This document shows positions 26,045-38,625 of a stretch of 64,000 nucleotides of DNA, piece by piece (positions within the stretch are counted from its first letter, which is position 1; every line of letters starts with the position of its first letter). The stretch is taken from positions 36,417,216 through 36,481,215 of the forward strand of contig NC_086385.1 of NCBI RefSeq assembly GCF_036588685.1. Reading direction: 5' to 3'. Position numbers and translations under genes: made by a program. A model generated the notes under the pieces. That model was not told where the DNA came from. It saw only the letters and a list, made by a program, of their open reading frames with translations, and searched no databases. Source of the stretch: Mytilus trossulus. Taxonomy: Eukaryota.

Positions 26045-26576
26045 AATAGTTATCAAAGGTACCAGGATTATAATTGTGTACGCCAGACGCGCGTTTCGTC
26101 TACATAAGACTCTTCAGTGACACTCATATAAAAAAAGTAAAGCCAAACAAGTACAATGTTTAAGAGCATTGAGGATCCAAAACTCCAAAAAGTTGTGCCA
26201 AATACGGCTAAGGTAATCTATGCCTGGGATAAGAACATCCTTAGTTTTTCGAAAAAATTCAAGTTTTGAAAACAGGAAATTTATAAATATGACCACATTA
26301 TTGATATTCATGTCAACACCGAAGTGTTGACTACTGGGCTGGTGATACCCTCGGGGACGAAACGTCCACCAGCAGTGGCATCGACCCAGTGGTGTAAATA
26401 GTTATAAAAGCTACCAGGATTATAATTGTGTACGCCAGACGCGCGTTTCGTCTACATAAGACTCATCAGTGACGCTCATATCAAGATATTTTAAAGCCAA
26501 ACAAGTACAAAGTTGAAGAGCATTGGGGATCCAAAATTCCAAAAAGTTGTACCAAATACGGCTAAGGTATTCTATG
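26045..26576 (-). ncRNA. Non-LTR retrozyme: ~1.5 tandem 352-nt monomers with type I hammerhead ribozymes
   Basis: Minus strand gtgtca-CTGAAGA-gtct tatgt agac-GAAA-cgcgc-GTC-tggcgt (~26079-26125) and gcgtca-CTGATGA-...-GAAA-cgcgc-GTC-tggcgt (~26431-26477), 352 bp apart. Palindromic minimal stem III; cUUCGg hairpin at 26312-26331. Confidence 0.9.
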
Positions 26577-27297
26577 CAAAAGAGTGCTAGTGGTAAACGT
26601 CACTAACGGTTCTAATATTTCTGAAAAGGGTGAACCGCTCCCGTCATGATTCAGTGATTTCCTTTTAAATTAACAAAACGTTTTTTTCAAAAAGGTGGCC
26701 CTGGTTACCCACAGCCTCTTTTAATCCGCCAACGAACGTATGTTCGGACAATTACTTTAAAATTATCATTAGAATCTTAAAAATACATCAACAGATATAC
26801 ATACATATAATTATAAGATTCAAAGAAGAAGAGTTTGTATCTTCGAAAATTCTTGATCTGTCGTGTACATTGACAACCGAAACAGCTATATTTTAAAGAT
26901 TTTTTTTTATCATATTTAACATGCTTAATTTACGATATAACTGCTCAATTGTTTTTGAAGATACCATGATACAATTGATATTCGCGCACATATGCTACAG
27001 GTCAACATTGTTAATTTTTAGTATTCCAAAGTCCAATTTCTTTCTATATATAGAACATGTTTAAAAAATAATAAATGTTGTATGCTTCAACATGTTGATC
27101 ATCCTAAGCCTACAACAGATGTGTAGAAGTAGGTATAAAGTATTTCATGCGATTTGCCAGTTAAACAAATAAAGGTTTTGGATAGTCATAACTCATCACA
27201 TGTGATTTATTACAGTAAAATATGATACATGCCAAGGTCTCAAAGATTTTGTAAAGTATTACAGATATAAAATGTAACATATTGTATTTCCTTTCAG

Positions 27298-28902
27298 ACA
27301 AACTGCTGTTCCCATTGTAAACGGGACAATAATAAGTGCCTAAAGAAGAAACAAGTTTTGAAACATTTCTTAGGCGACAAAATAAATGCTTCTCTTCTTA
27401 AAAAGACAAAAACAGTACCAAACGCATATGGGTTGTACTGTATTACAAGTAATGATGCTGGTGAAGTTTTGTACGTTGGGTTTTCGAACCGTAGTGTGCG
27501 ACAAAGATTGTTGGTAAGTTTTAAAAAAAGAACTTAAAATAAAACTTTGATGTTATTCATAGTTAAACCAATGACCTTCTTTCATTTTGCGGGATTCAAT
27601 TTCAAATGAAATACAGTGCATATGCTATATTCGTTTGCTTTTATATTAATGGCCAAAATTATGTTGTCCATTGTTTTTGTTTAATTGTGATGTTAAAAAT
27701 GAAAATTAATACATTTTCTCAGATGATTCATATATTACTTATGAAATAAAATCATGTTACGACAATTGCCATCATAAACTACAGCAAAATGTTTACCTCA
27801 ACTGTCAAGGCTATCCTAGCAGATCTAAAATATACTCTTAAATGTCTCAAAGAATGGTGTTCACATAAGTCTTTTTTAAAGAGCATATAATTTTGAAACT
27901 TTAAGGACATGTGATGATTTACCGAGGAGGCGTAGGGAGGCTGGTAAAAAATGTAGAGGGATACACTTTTTCCATTATATTAGTCGTCGGGTTTATTTCA
28001 CAAAATTTGATCAAGGTTATCTCTTAAGCAATATATGCTGAATTTAACCCAAAAAATAACAGGAAAATTTATGTACAAGAAAATGTATACATTCATATTG
28101 ATAATTTTATAAAAGTCATTATGGATGCATCATCTCAAGAATCTCGCATTTCAAAGGGAATATAATGGGTAGTTATTGTTATAGACACTAGAAGTAAACA
28201 TTATGACTATCATTGAATCAAGGGCGTCGTGATTTTTTTTTGTGTAAGGAGGGGGGAAACAAATTTTTGAAAATTTAAAAATAAAAAAAAAAACAACATA
28301 TTTCCCGAAAGAAAATACCGTATTTTTTAAATGTGCATTTGGTCATGTGCTATTTGTCTGACAACAACCATTCCAAAATTGCGTGCATAAGTGGTCTCCA
28401 TTTTGTTGATACTATATGTTTCGATGTAAGGTTGGATTTTTTAGTTTTGAAACCTTACACATGAAATTGAGAATGAAAATTTGGAATCTGTCAAAGAGAC
28501 AACAACCCGACCAAAGAGCAGACAACAGCAGAAGGCCACCAATGGGTCTTCAATATTTAGCTATCAAGATAGTATTAAAAAAAATCACTGCTAAAGCCTC
28601 GCAGTTCCACATTCCTCCATAATATAATGAAAGATATGTGTTAATAATGTTATTCGTGCTAATAATATAAATCAATCTTGTCTCTTCAGGCTCATACAGG
28701 AGGATATGATAAACAGGCAATTGGTAGGTTCTTGAAAGGAAAGGATTTACGGAAATTCTCGCTCTCCTGGGTTAAGGAGCGAAAAGCGGAGTGTTTAGAA
28801 CAACAGTTTATTGAATACGTTACCCATGATCAAGGTTTTCGACCATTGAAAAAAAAAAAAGAGGGAGATCATGTGGCAAAAAGGAGGAATGAGATAATTT
28901 TT
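27298..28902 (+). CDS. Spliced GIY-YIG nuclease-like gene; exons 27298..27513 and 28690..~28902 (or 29052); 5' exon uncertain; possibly a pseudogene
   Basis: Acceptor ctttcag| at 27297, donor |GTAAGT at 27514, acceptor cttcag| at 28689, all phase 0. Joined peptide: ...VPNAYGLYCITSNDAGEVLYVGFSNRSVRQRLL|AHTGG...AECLEQQFIE...GFRPL (GLY-x11-YVG, RxRLxxH, conserved E). Confidence 0.7.
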
Positions 28903-31614
28903 ATCAGATATCATTTGTTTGGTATGCTGTATTTTTTTTATAACTCTATTGAAATGTGGCGAATTGAATTATTTTATGATCACTTATACTTTCAAAGTTT
29001 CTTCATTCATTCTTATTTGCCATTATATGTATTGAATTTATCACATCAATAAAATAAGTTTAAACAATAGGAATGTCTTTACACTTTATCTTATAATTAC
29101 ACCTTATGTAAGAATCCTGGGTTTTTGATTGGTTGATAGCCAGTGTATTTTTCACCAATTCACTGTTATCAAATGAATATCGTTCATTTTTTAACGCCGC
29201 CGGGGTATTTTCCAAAAGGATATGCCTTTTTTACCCTCTCTGCCGTGGTATTTGCCAAAAAATACTCTATCCGACTGGACGCTTGTAACGTCACGATCAT
29301 CAATGCATTTTTGAACATTAACATTCGTTGTAATTAAACAGATATATCATGTTCTTGAAGGGTATTTACGAAAAATACCAGTCTTGAGAATGAATTTCCC
29401 TCGCCTTACGGCTCGTAAAATGTAACATTCTCGCGACTGGTATTTTTCGCAAATACCCCTCCCTAACATGATATAACTGTTTATAATCCAATGTATAAAA
29501 AATAGATGTGGTATGTATGTCAAAGAAACAAATTTCAATTAAAGACTATCGGACATTGAGTGAACTTCTAAACAATCATACGTCTTACAACGAAAAACAA
29601 AACCTATGCTTATTTGTTTGTGAAGTTTGAATGTTTATCGGTTTATTCATGTTCTCATTAATATTGGATATACAAGGCTTATTTTACATTAGTCACTTTG
29701 TGGTCCTTTATAGCTTGTTGTTTTTGATGTGAGCCAAGTCTCCGTATTGAAGGCCGTATTTTGACCTATAATGGTTTACTTTCACAAAATATGACTCGAA
29801 TGGATAGTTGTCTCATTGGCACTCATACCACATCTTCTTATATCTATTATATAAACATATATATATATATGGTAGAGGGCTTTTTAAAATTTTCCCGTTC
29901 TATAAAATTAATGTAGAATGTGACATTAGAAGATCCACAAAAGAACAATATTTTATAACCAAATTCAAGCCAAAACTAAATGCGCATTAGGCTTTCAATA
30001 GCGTTACATTTAGCTTTCCATATTTCACTTTAGAACGTTTATCTCCCTTTTGTAATTGTTTTATGACGTTACGTACTTAAATACCGTCTCATAGTTACAA
30101 TTATTCGCCTTTCACCTGAAGATTGTTGTAAAACATGAAAGTACTTGTGAATATTAAATATTATATGCAGTATCCGGAAATGTTGGACTTTTTTATTTAG
30201 ATATATATATATGTATACGCCAGACACGCGTTACTTTGAAAAAACTTGCATTCAAACGTCGTTCAAGAAATGAAACAAGATACTGATTATGTTTAGTTCA
30301 TTCATGTTATTGTTTACTGTGTGAGACCCAGTATATTATTTTTGTTAAGTAGTTGTTGTAACAATGAGGTAAAATCGGCATACATTTTCATTCATAGACA
30401 GTTTCATTTTCATAAATATTGACCATAGAAAAACAATGTAAATAAAACATAACACAGAATACTTACGATTGAGCAAGATGAATTACACTCGAAATTGTCG
30501 GAAAGCAGAACTCGCTCAATTAAAGGAATCCATCAATTGTAATGATCATGACAAGCTGAAGTATAATATTTTTTGTTGTAAAGTGGCAGTAGTTGATTAT
30601 CTTTGACACATTTAGGTAAAAAAAAATCAAATACTGAAGGTTTGCAGGGATTTATGAATATCTTCTATTTTATTTAAATACTGTGGTTGTTTGTAACATT
30701 TTACACAATACAATCTTTAGCAGTTACATATGGCATATTTCAACGTTGGTGTATGTTTAACTGCATTGATAATGTTTGTCGTTATAAATTGGCATTTGAT
30801 TATTTTATACATAATATATATAATCATATTTACTGTCGGTTTTGTATATTACAAAGCGTTTCACAAGAAGTTGTCATGCTCATTTTGATAATTTTGCAAA
30901 AACTGTAAGTTTCTTGATATAAAAGATCAAAAGATGAAAGAAAAGAAAAGAAAAACAAATAGTATATAAGCCAATTTTATATATATATATATATAAAACT
31001 TACTCTGTTTTGACTGGTCGCAACACAACAAAATTGCCACCAGCTGTTTTGAGTTTTCGGTACAATGAAATAAACACATACTGTCAAACAAACGATTTCG
31101 ATTGTCATCAACAACAAAATCTATGACAACCACCTACATGTAACTTCATAATTTATTCAAGTTATTTTAAAGTACGTAAACTCATTACAGATAGCTGGGT
31201 AAAAAGTATGTATCTATGGCGCGCGATTCATCTTCAGCATCAGTGACGCTCCAACCAAAGGGTTACAAGGGTAAAATTGAATCACACTGATGGCCTAAAT
31301 GTAAATCACTTTGTTTTATTAGATAAGGTTTGTTTTCAAATGTCTTAAGACGAATATATCAATACCAAAAAAAAAAAGCTTGATGCCCTTAAGTGTTTAC
31401 GTTATTTTTATACTTGCATATAGTCGAAAGTAAAATAACATAATAACTGAACACAAGCTAGTAATATCGACCTAAGTGGATCAGTAACTCCAAAAATAAA
31501 AAGTATTATACTATGTATTAAATTAATAAAACCAACTTTTAATTGATATACACACAAATGCCATAACTAAGGAAATGGCAGAGTTGAATATTAAATATTC
31601 CATATTATACAAAT

Positions 31615-31760
31615 AGTCATCTAAGGTACCAGGATTATAATTTGATACGCCAAACGTGCTTTTCGTTAACATAAGACTCATCAGGAACGCCCAGATCAAA
31701 ATATTTAAAAAAAGTCAACAAGTACAAAGTTGAAGAGCAATGAGGACCCAAAATTCCAAC
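31615..31760 (-). repeat. Degenerate retrozyme fragment
   Basis: aaggtaccaggattataat...tacgccaaacgtgc...taagactcatcag is homologous to 26045-26190. Confidence 0.65.
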
Positions 31761-32159
31761 TCAGTTTGACAATATTTTTAGCAAAAGTTAATAACAAGCC
31801 CTCCAGTTTCCTCATGCTGAAATGATGAAGCGAATACATCGTTGCATTTGATAGATGTTGTAAAAAAAATCGGAGATAATAGTATTGCTGTCGATCATTT
31901 AAAATCTGTCTTTATGAAGAAACCAAATCCACGCCAAGACCGAAAAGAATAAAATAGAAATATGAACTTATCAAATGCCCGACATTTTGTTGTTATCAGC
32001 ATCCTTGTTAATTTCGGTGAATTTCCTTTTTAACAGACAGATAGTGATTAAGTGTCTACTTTTATTCCTTTTTTTCTGTACGAACATATTGTACTCATTT
32101 GAAGTAGAATATCACAGGCACTTGTCTCAGAATTGTTTTCCCTATATAACTTTATATAG

Positions 32160-32330
32160 CTGAAATCATCTATTTTGTCGTAAAGTTTTGTTTTCAGCCG
32201 ACCATCATTGTCAATTTCTAGGTGTAAGTCAAGATATGAGGCCGAATTAACTGTATCTGTAGTATCCTTTATCTCTAGCTCGATGGGATAGATGCGTTCC
32301 GCATAGTCATCAAATTTTGAATATTTAGTG
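32160..32330 (-). mobile_element. Penelope-like RT fragment
   Basis: SKFDDYAERIYPIELEIKDTTDTVNSASYLDLHLEIDNDGRLKTKLYDKIDDFS. Confidence 0.75.
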
Positions 32331-32339
32331 GAAAAACAT

Positions 32340-33570
32340 GTGTGTTTCATAACAAATTGAATGTCAAGCAGCTTATAACATTGAATGAGGTAAAAATGGT
32401 CATTACCGTTTACTTCTGTGGCAAAATGGAACAGGGAAGAGCCATTTGATTTGTACTATAAAACAAGAACTAAAAAAAGAGGAAAAAAACGGTCGCAGTC
32501 ACAAGAAAACGGGAGTGGCTTCCTTGAATATAGGTGGGATTACTGTCCATTCCTGGTTCGGTATAGCAGATGGTCCTTTTTCTAACGATAAACTCTTACA
32601 AAAATTGACAGGCAAGCAGATGTTTTGATTCTAGATGAAATATCAATGCTTTCTGCTAAAATGTTTAATCAGATTCTTGATCTTAAAGGTGATTTAAAAT
32701 CATTTCATTCTCTTGATGAAGGAGACCAAACTTAATTAAGGAAAATGTCTGTTGGTCAATCTTTACATTTAAAAAAAAACTGTCTAGTAATGTTGGTGAA
32801 AAATTTAAGTAAAAATCTTGTCAATGGGTTACAAGGAGCTGTGCAGAAAATAAATACTGACAATAACACTGTCACTGTTAACTTTAATGGTATGATAACA
32901 GACATATAAAGAGAAATGTCCACAGTGTATAGTTCCATTGAAAACAAATTTGTAGCTAGTAGACTACAAATACCATTAGTCTTGTCATATTGTGCGACTA
33001 TTCATACGGCACAAGGGCAAATAGAGTTGAGGTTGATTCTTCAAATATTTTTATAGCAGGACAACTGGGTGTGGCAGTTGATAGGGTAAGAAAACAGACA
33101 TAAGGTTATGTTAACCTGATATGCTGGTGACTGATGCACAGGTTTTTTTTTTATAAATGAGCGATTAAATTTACAGCTAAAGGCATACATTACTACTAAA
33201 TTCATTTCTGACGACAATTTTTGAAAACATTTCAAATAGATATGAATAGGTTTTTGCAAGTGATTCTACTGAAAAAAGACAGATTCAAAATCATGGACAA
33301 TCTATTTCAGCAAGCTCTATAAGTTTTCACATTCCAATGAATATATTTCTCTCATTGAAAATTGTTGCAATAGGAAGGCAGAATCTGATGACTTCACAGT
33401 TTTTAGTAGAATTTTTGACTTTGTTTCACATTTTATTATAGAAAATAAAACTAGTAACATTAAGGATTCAACTGAATTGCCTCATCAACAAAGTGCATAC
33501 TCATATGATGATGCAGGCTTGGGCAAACATAGGTACATTGCTGGAAGATGTATTGCAAAAATTTCTGTAA
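32340..33570 (+). pseudogene. Decayed PIF1-family DNA helicase
   Basis: Across frameshifts: GTGKSHLI (Walker A), TGVASLNIGGITVHSWFGI, DVLILDEISML (Walker B), VMLVKNLSKNLVNGLQGAV, QIPLVLSYCATIHTAQG, FIAGQLGVAVDRV. The middle motifs appear deleted. Confidence 0.8.
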
Positions 33571-34415
33571 GTTTTTGTGTTAAGTTTAATCAATTTGATT
33601 ACTTAAAAAAGACTGCTTTTTCTATTTTATGAGGGAAACCTTTTAAAATAGCACAGGAACTTGTCGCAGAAAAATATTCCTATATACCTTAATGCCTGTG
33701 CATAAAAGGCATATTGTCTTAACCTTAAAATTAAATTCTAAAATGTTTACATGTATTTATTCAATTTATGAAACATTTTTCCACATTATTAGAGTTAATA
33801 GCTTGACATATTACCTAAGAAATCTTAAAATAGATATATATAGATAAGTTGATATGTCATGACTGCGAATAAGAGACCAAATACAAAATGTCAAGACTGC
33901 TTGTTAACCATCATCTGTTTTTTTGTTGTGATAATTTTGTACATTTATGCAGTTATGCAGCTGACAGCTGTATTACACAGGTACGCACACACACACACAC
34001 AAACAAATATATATACACATACAGGAATACACCAAGACAAATGAAGATTAAGATTTTAATACTATTAAGTTGTACATTTGATCTCTAAATAAAATTGTCC
34101 ACATGTACACAGATAACAGTTATATTTTAACAAGAGTTATTCATCTTTGTACTCTGCTCTGTATTTCCGCATATATCTTTCTTCTCTTAAATCATAAGTA
34201 TGTATGCTAAGATATTGTATGCTGTGTCGCTGGTATTAATGGTCAGATCTAAATAAGCTTTTAAATTTGATTAAAAGAAATTTTAGTCTATGCAATAGTC
34301 AATATTCCATTTATTGATTGATATATAGCTTTAATATAGATTATTGTCTTTGTTTAACTGTCAGTCTATCCACTGGATAACATGCATCATGTATATGTTA
34401 ATATACAATGTTTTA

Positions 34416-35960
34416 TCAAATTCTTAATTTCTTTGTCGGAATTTCAGCGGAAAAGGGCTTAGCACCATTTCCACCTGCATTACTCTTTCTGGATACTACA
34501 GAATGTCCCAAAACAACACTGTTTATACCAGTTCTATATGAGTTATATGTTGGATGGGTAGTAGGTCCATGATAGAGTGATATTTGTTGACAAAACATAT
34601 TTTCAATTATATCACTGTTCAGTCTTGCTGGTACAACTTCAGTCTTTAGGACTTCAATGCAAAAGGTGATGAGTGACATTATCCCATGGTACATAAAATC
34701 AAGGTCTTCTCTTGTTTCCATGGTAAGAAGACTCTTGTATCACCTATAGTGTCATTTTGACAAACTTGTTTTTCAATTATATGCAATACTTAATTTCATT
34801 ATTCTTTCATCACTTATATCTTTTACAGGCTGCTGATCAGTAAAAAACTCCACCAATGTACTAAAGTGTTCAAGAAATTGGATACCGCACTTAATGCTTG
34901 CTGACCAGCTTCACCACTGAGAGACTTTCTATACATTTTCATTAAATGCAACATGTCAACCTTAAGTGTTTCAAATGCCAGCTTGTTTCTCATATTTTGA
35001 GCATTGTTAGGGAAGATTTGCTTCTGAGTTAATTTATTGTGTATTAGAAACCTATGGGTATAACGATCCCAGTTATATGTATCGATCCACATCTGCCATT
35101 GAATTGTACAGCTTTCAAATGATAATAGTCTCTGGTCATGAGCTTTTATTCCACTGGATAAGACACTATTACGGATTTTTTTAATAAGATGGCAGGGATC
35201 CATGATGAAGATCATTTTTCTTAAACATGTTAAAGGGTTTTTGTAATGTGAAGCCACCTTTTTTGTCAAAAGGGGGTCATTTTCAGGAAAATGCATTTTC
35301 AGGAAAGCACAGTTATTGCTAGAATCGTCCATACATAAGTAAAAGGGTTTAAAACCCCATTCATATAATACATCAATGCATTTCCAGGTTGTGATAAATA
35401 TGTCAGCAGGTGAAGCTTGTGCATTAGGATAATTAGCAAATGGCCAACGGAAGTCAGTTATTCCATGGAAAATGTACTGCATAACATGATTTGCTAATTT
35501 ACTTTCACATTTACCTTCATTGGAACAGTGCATTAACATAACCTCAGGTTCACAATCTACCAATCCAAACAATGAGGTACCACTCCCATGGTTAACTATT
35601 TGCAGGTCCTCTTGTATGGACATTTCATTCAATAAAACACCACCATAATAGCCTTCTGTTTCAATCCTCAGCCTAACAGCCTCATTTTTTCATCCATGCC
35701 ATCATGGTAGGAATTATACCGGGTTTTTGTTTTAAAGCATTTTTATATAAATATAGAAGATTTTCAGATGGCAAGTACTAAATTATAATCCTGGTATCTT
35801 TGATAAGTAATTAAACCAACCATTTGTTGTAATGTCTTTGTATTCAGAAGGATTTCTGTTGTATATGGTCAGTGCCATGCATATTATTTCCTTTGGCCAT
35901 CTAACTCCTTTAAAATGTTTATGTGATGAAGATTCAGTTTGACTTCAAATTCAAACCTGC
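34416..35960 (-). pseudogene. Decayed P-element/THAP9-like transposase
   Basis: GVRWPKEII..ALTIY, YGGVLLNEMSIQEDL, LANHVMQYIFHGI..FRWPFANYP, CMDDSSNN, IMDPCHLIKKIRN, QNMRNKLA, ARLNSDIIENMFCQQ; several frameshifts. Confidence 0.75.
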
Positions 35961-37065
35961 TATTGTTTGTCAATAACTCAAATTTACTAAATAGTGAAAT
36001 ATAACTGATGATCAATGTCAAATTTATTGGAAAGTTTTGTGATCATGACACCACCTTTTGTATGTACTATAAATACTCGAATTTGTCAATTATATCATAT
36101 CTTCTTATTTGCAAATTAATCATATCTAAATACAAAAATGAAACGACAAGTGAAGCACTGTGTCCATGCATGACGCGATTTTTATGACGATATCAAAGTC
36201 GCGTACATATATACGAAAAGAAGATGTGATAGAGACGTAAAAGGGACAGCAACCCAACAACACAACATACCAGAATGTGAACTGTTAGCTCTTGTGTGCT
36301 TTCTTTCCTTGGGATAAGACATTAAAAGATATTATACTGCACGCTTATATTATTCTTGCTTCAACATGCATCTTTACTTTTTTCCTCTTATGAGATCCTC
36401 ATTTACACTTATATTATAATAGTCTGTGGACCTGTATGTATTTAGGGAATGGCACTCTTCATGTATCGTACTTAAAAAAAACTTTCATATATTTTACGTT
36501 TCAGAGTCCTACATGTATTTTGAATTTTACTCAGAAGTTAATATAAGCGCGGGATATGCTTAAAGTTAGCCTTTTATTCTATATGTCAGATAACCTACTT
36601 GTGTTGATGTTGCCGGATTGCTGTCTGATTGACGAATAGCTGTAATTTTATCTCTATACTTTTTTTAGTAATTTTTTTTAAGGATTCATCCAATCCCACC
36701 TTTTCATTTGAAATATATTTCCGTGACGTAACATCAAAAGATTAGTCACTTCAAGAAAAAAAATGTGAGTGAAAATGAAACCTCTTCTCGCATGTTGCAC
36801 TTAGTGTAATTGTTCTCTTTGGCAGAATTAAATTTAAAGAAGCCACAATTTGGTTCCTGAATGAATATGCTTTAAAACCCGGGGCCTAAAGCTAGGTAAA
36901 GCCTATCACTTGACAAAGATTCTCCAATTTGGCAACTTTATAACACCGACCGTGGGATGAAATGGAATGGAAATGGGGAACGACTGACATATACTTAAGC
37001 ATATTCAATAATTACATGTAGCATAATCAAGGTTAAGTTTATGCGATAAAGTTTATTTCTTTTAA

Positions 37066-37658
37066 GATGGAATGGGTGTCTTCCTCCATCTTGGATTGTG
37101 AAAAACAGAGAATCTAAGGTCCAGATTATCTATCTAGTTAGCACAATTTGATGCAGGAATGCAGATATTTAATGTGAACTTTTATTCAAAAGAACTAATT
37201 TCTAAGAATATATCTTTTAAATATTAGTATTTTAACAAAATTTGATTAATTTTGGTTGTTTTTTAAACGTTTTAAAATTAGCATTTTAAGGGGAGATAAC
37301 TCTTAAATAGTCCATTTTCTGTTGGATTCTGCATGAATTTTTTGTATTTTGTATTTTAGATGGAAAAAACATACGGTGACCCTATCTTTTCTTTTGATTT
37401 TCTCAAAGTATTGTCTGAAAACTATATTTTTCTAATTTTATTTGCAATTCTATCATTTTGTTTAGTTTCTAATCACAAAATGTTGTTTTTTCCTGTTTAA
37501 TTCATACAAAATGTGTCATTTTATCACCACCTGTAGCTTGAGAAAATGCGCGGTTACCTATCATTTTTATTTTATTTTTGAACATATATCAATAGATACT
37601 ACGTTTTGACAAAGTATGAACAAATTCTATCATTTTTATTTTAGACTCCCATACCACC
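37066..37658. mobile_element. Non-autonomous TTAA-flanked (Kolobok-like) MITE, 593 bp
   Basis: TTAA at 37062-37065 and 37659-37662; TIR GATGGAATGGGTGTCT vs GGTGGTATGGGAGTCT. Confidence 0.65.
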
Positions 37659-38385
37659 TTAAATGCATATTTTAAGTTTTCAAGTAAATATAGGATAATT
37701 ATTTGGGAGCAATTTCTATTATGGACCCACTTATATATATATATAGTTAAAACCTTAATTAACTATCGGTGTTCCGTGTAAAATTATTTCCAATGTTCTA
37801 GTTTGTTCATAACTTTTTTTTATCTGGGACTAATATACATTTATAAAAAAAAAGGTTATATCCCAGTATTTATATAACACCTTTAATAAATTCCTTAAAT
37901 TGACCATCAGCATGGCTATACAAATTATTGACAAAGGTACTGTGAGAAAACACTTCCAGGTTTTCAAGCAAAAACTGTCGGGCTAAACAAAGCTCTTATT
38001 CATTAGGTCTACAGCAACAAACTACAATAATACAAGTATATTTTTCATGTTGAAGTAGCTCAATCAAAGTTTTAAAATTATAGAATTATAACATACATGC
38101 GATTCTATATTTTTCCTATTCAAAATGTACTACAAAAAATAATAAATTGAGGTTTCAAACAAATTAACTTCATATTAATATCAGAAAAGACACATAGCCA
38201 TATCAATAATACTAAGAAATTTAGCACAAAGAAAGAAACACTTCTCTTTAATACCTTGATTCATGTGGCACACATTGTGTGGCTGGAGCAAATTATATTC
38301 TGGTAATACGTCACGTTAGCTGCTTTAAGTGGCTATAGTAGTGAAAATAGTAGAGGGATATTATAGTTAAGACAAGTAGAAAAAA

Positions 38386-38625
38386 GGAGCCTCGGTGGCG
38401 GAGTGGTCTAAGTAGTTACTACTGTAATCACTAGCCAGTCAACACTGGGGTTGTGAGCTCATGAGGGTTCACTCGACTCCAATCTTAATTGACTCTGATT
38501 GTCAGTTTTCCTATCAAAGGTCTGTGGTTTTCTCCGGACACTCTGGCATCCTCCACCAATAAAAACTGGCCTCCACGAAATAGCCTAAATGTGGTGATTA
38601 AAAGTAGCGTTAAAACACCAAAAAT
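38386..38625 (+). mobile_element. tRNA-derived SINE (V-domain-like body)
   Basis: A-box-like TGGCGGAGTGGT head; body gtggttttctccggacactctggcatcctccacc; tail aaagtagcgttaaaacacca. Confidence 0.65.

Noticed and set aside
26045-28902. Retrozyme plus GIY-YIG exons as one Penelope-like element
   Set aside because: No linked RT, and retrozyme fragments occur throughout the window, so adjacency is probably chance.
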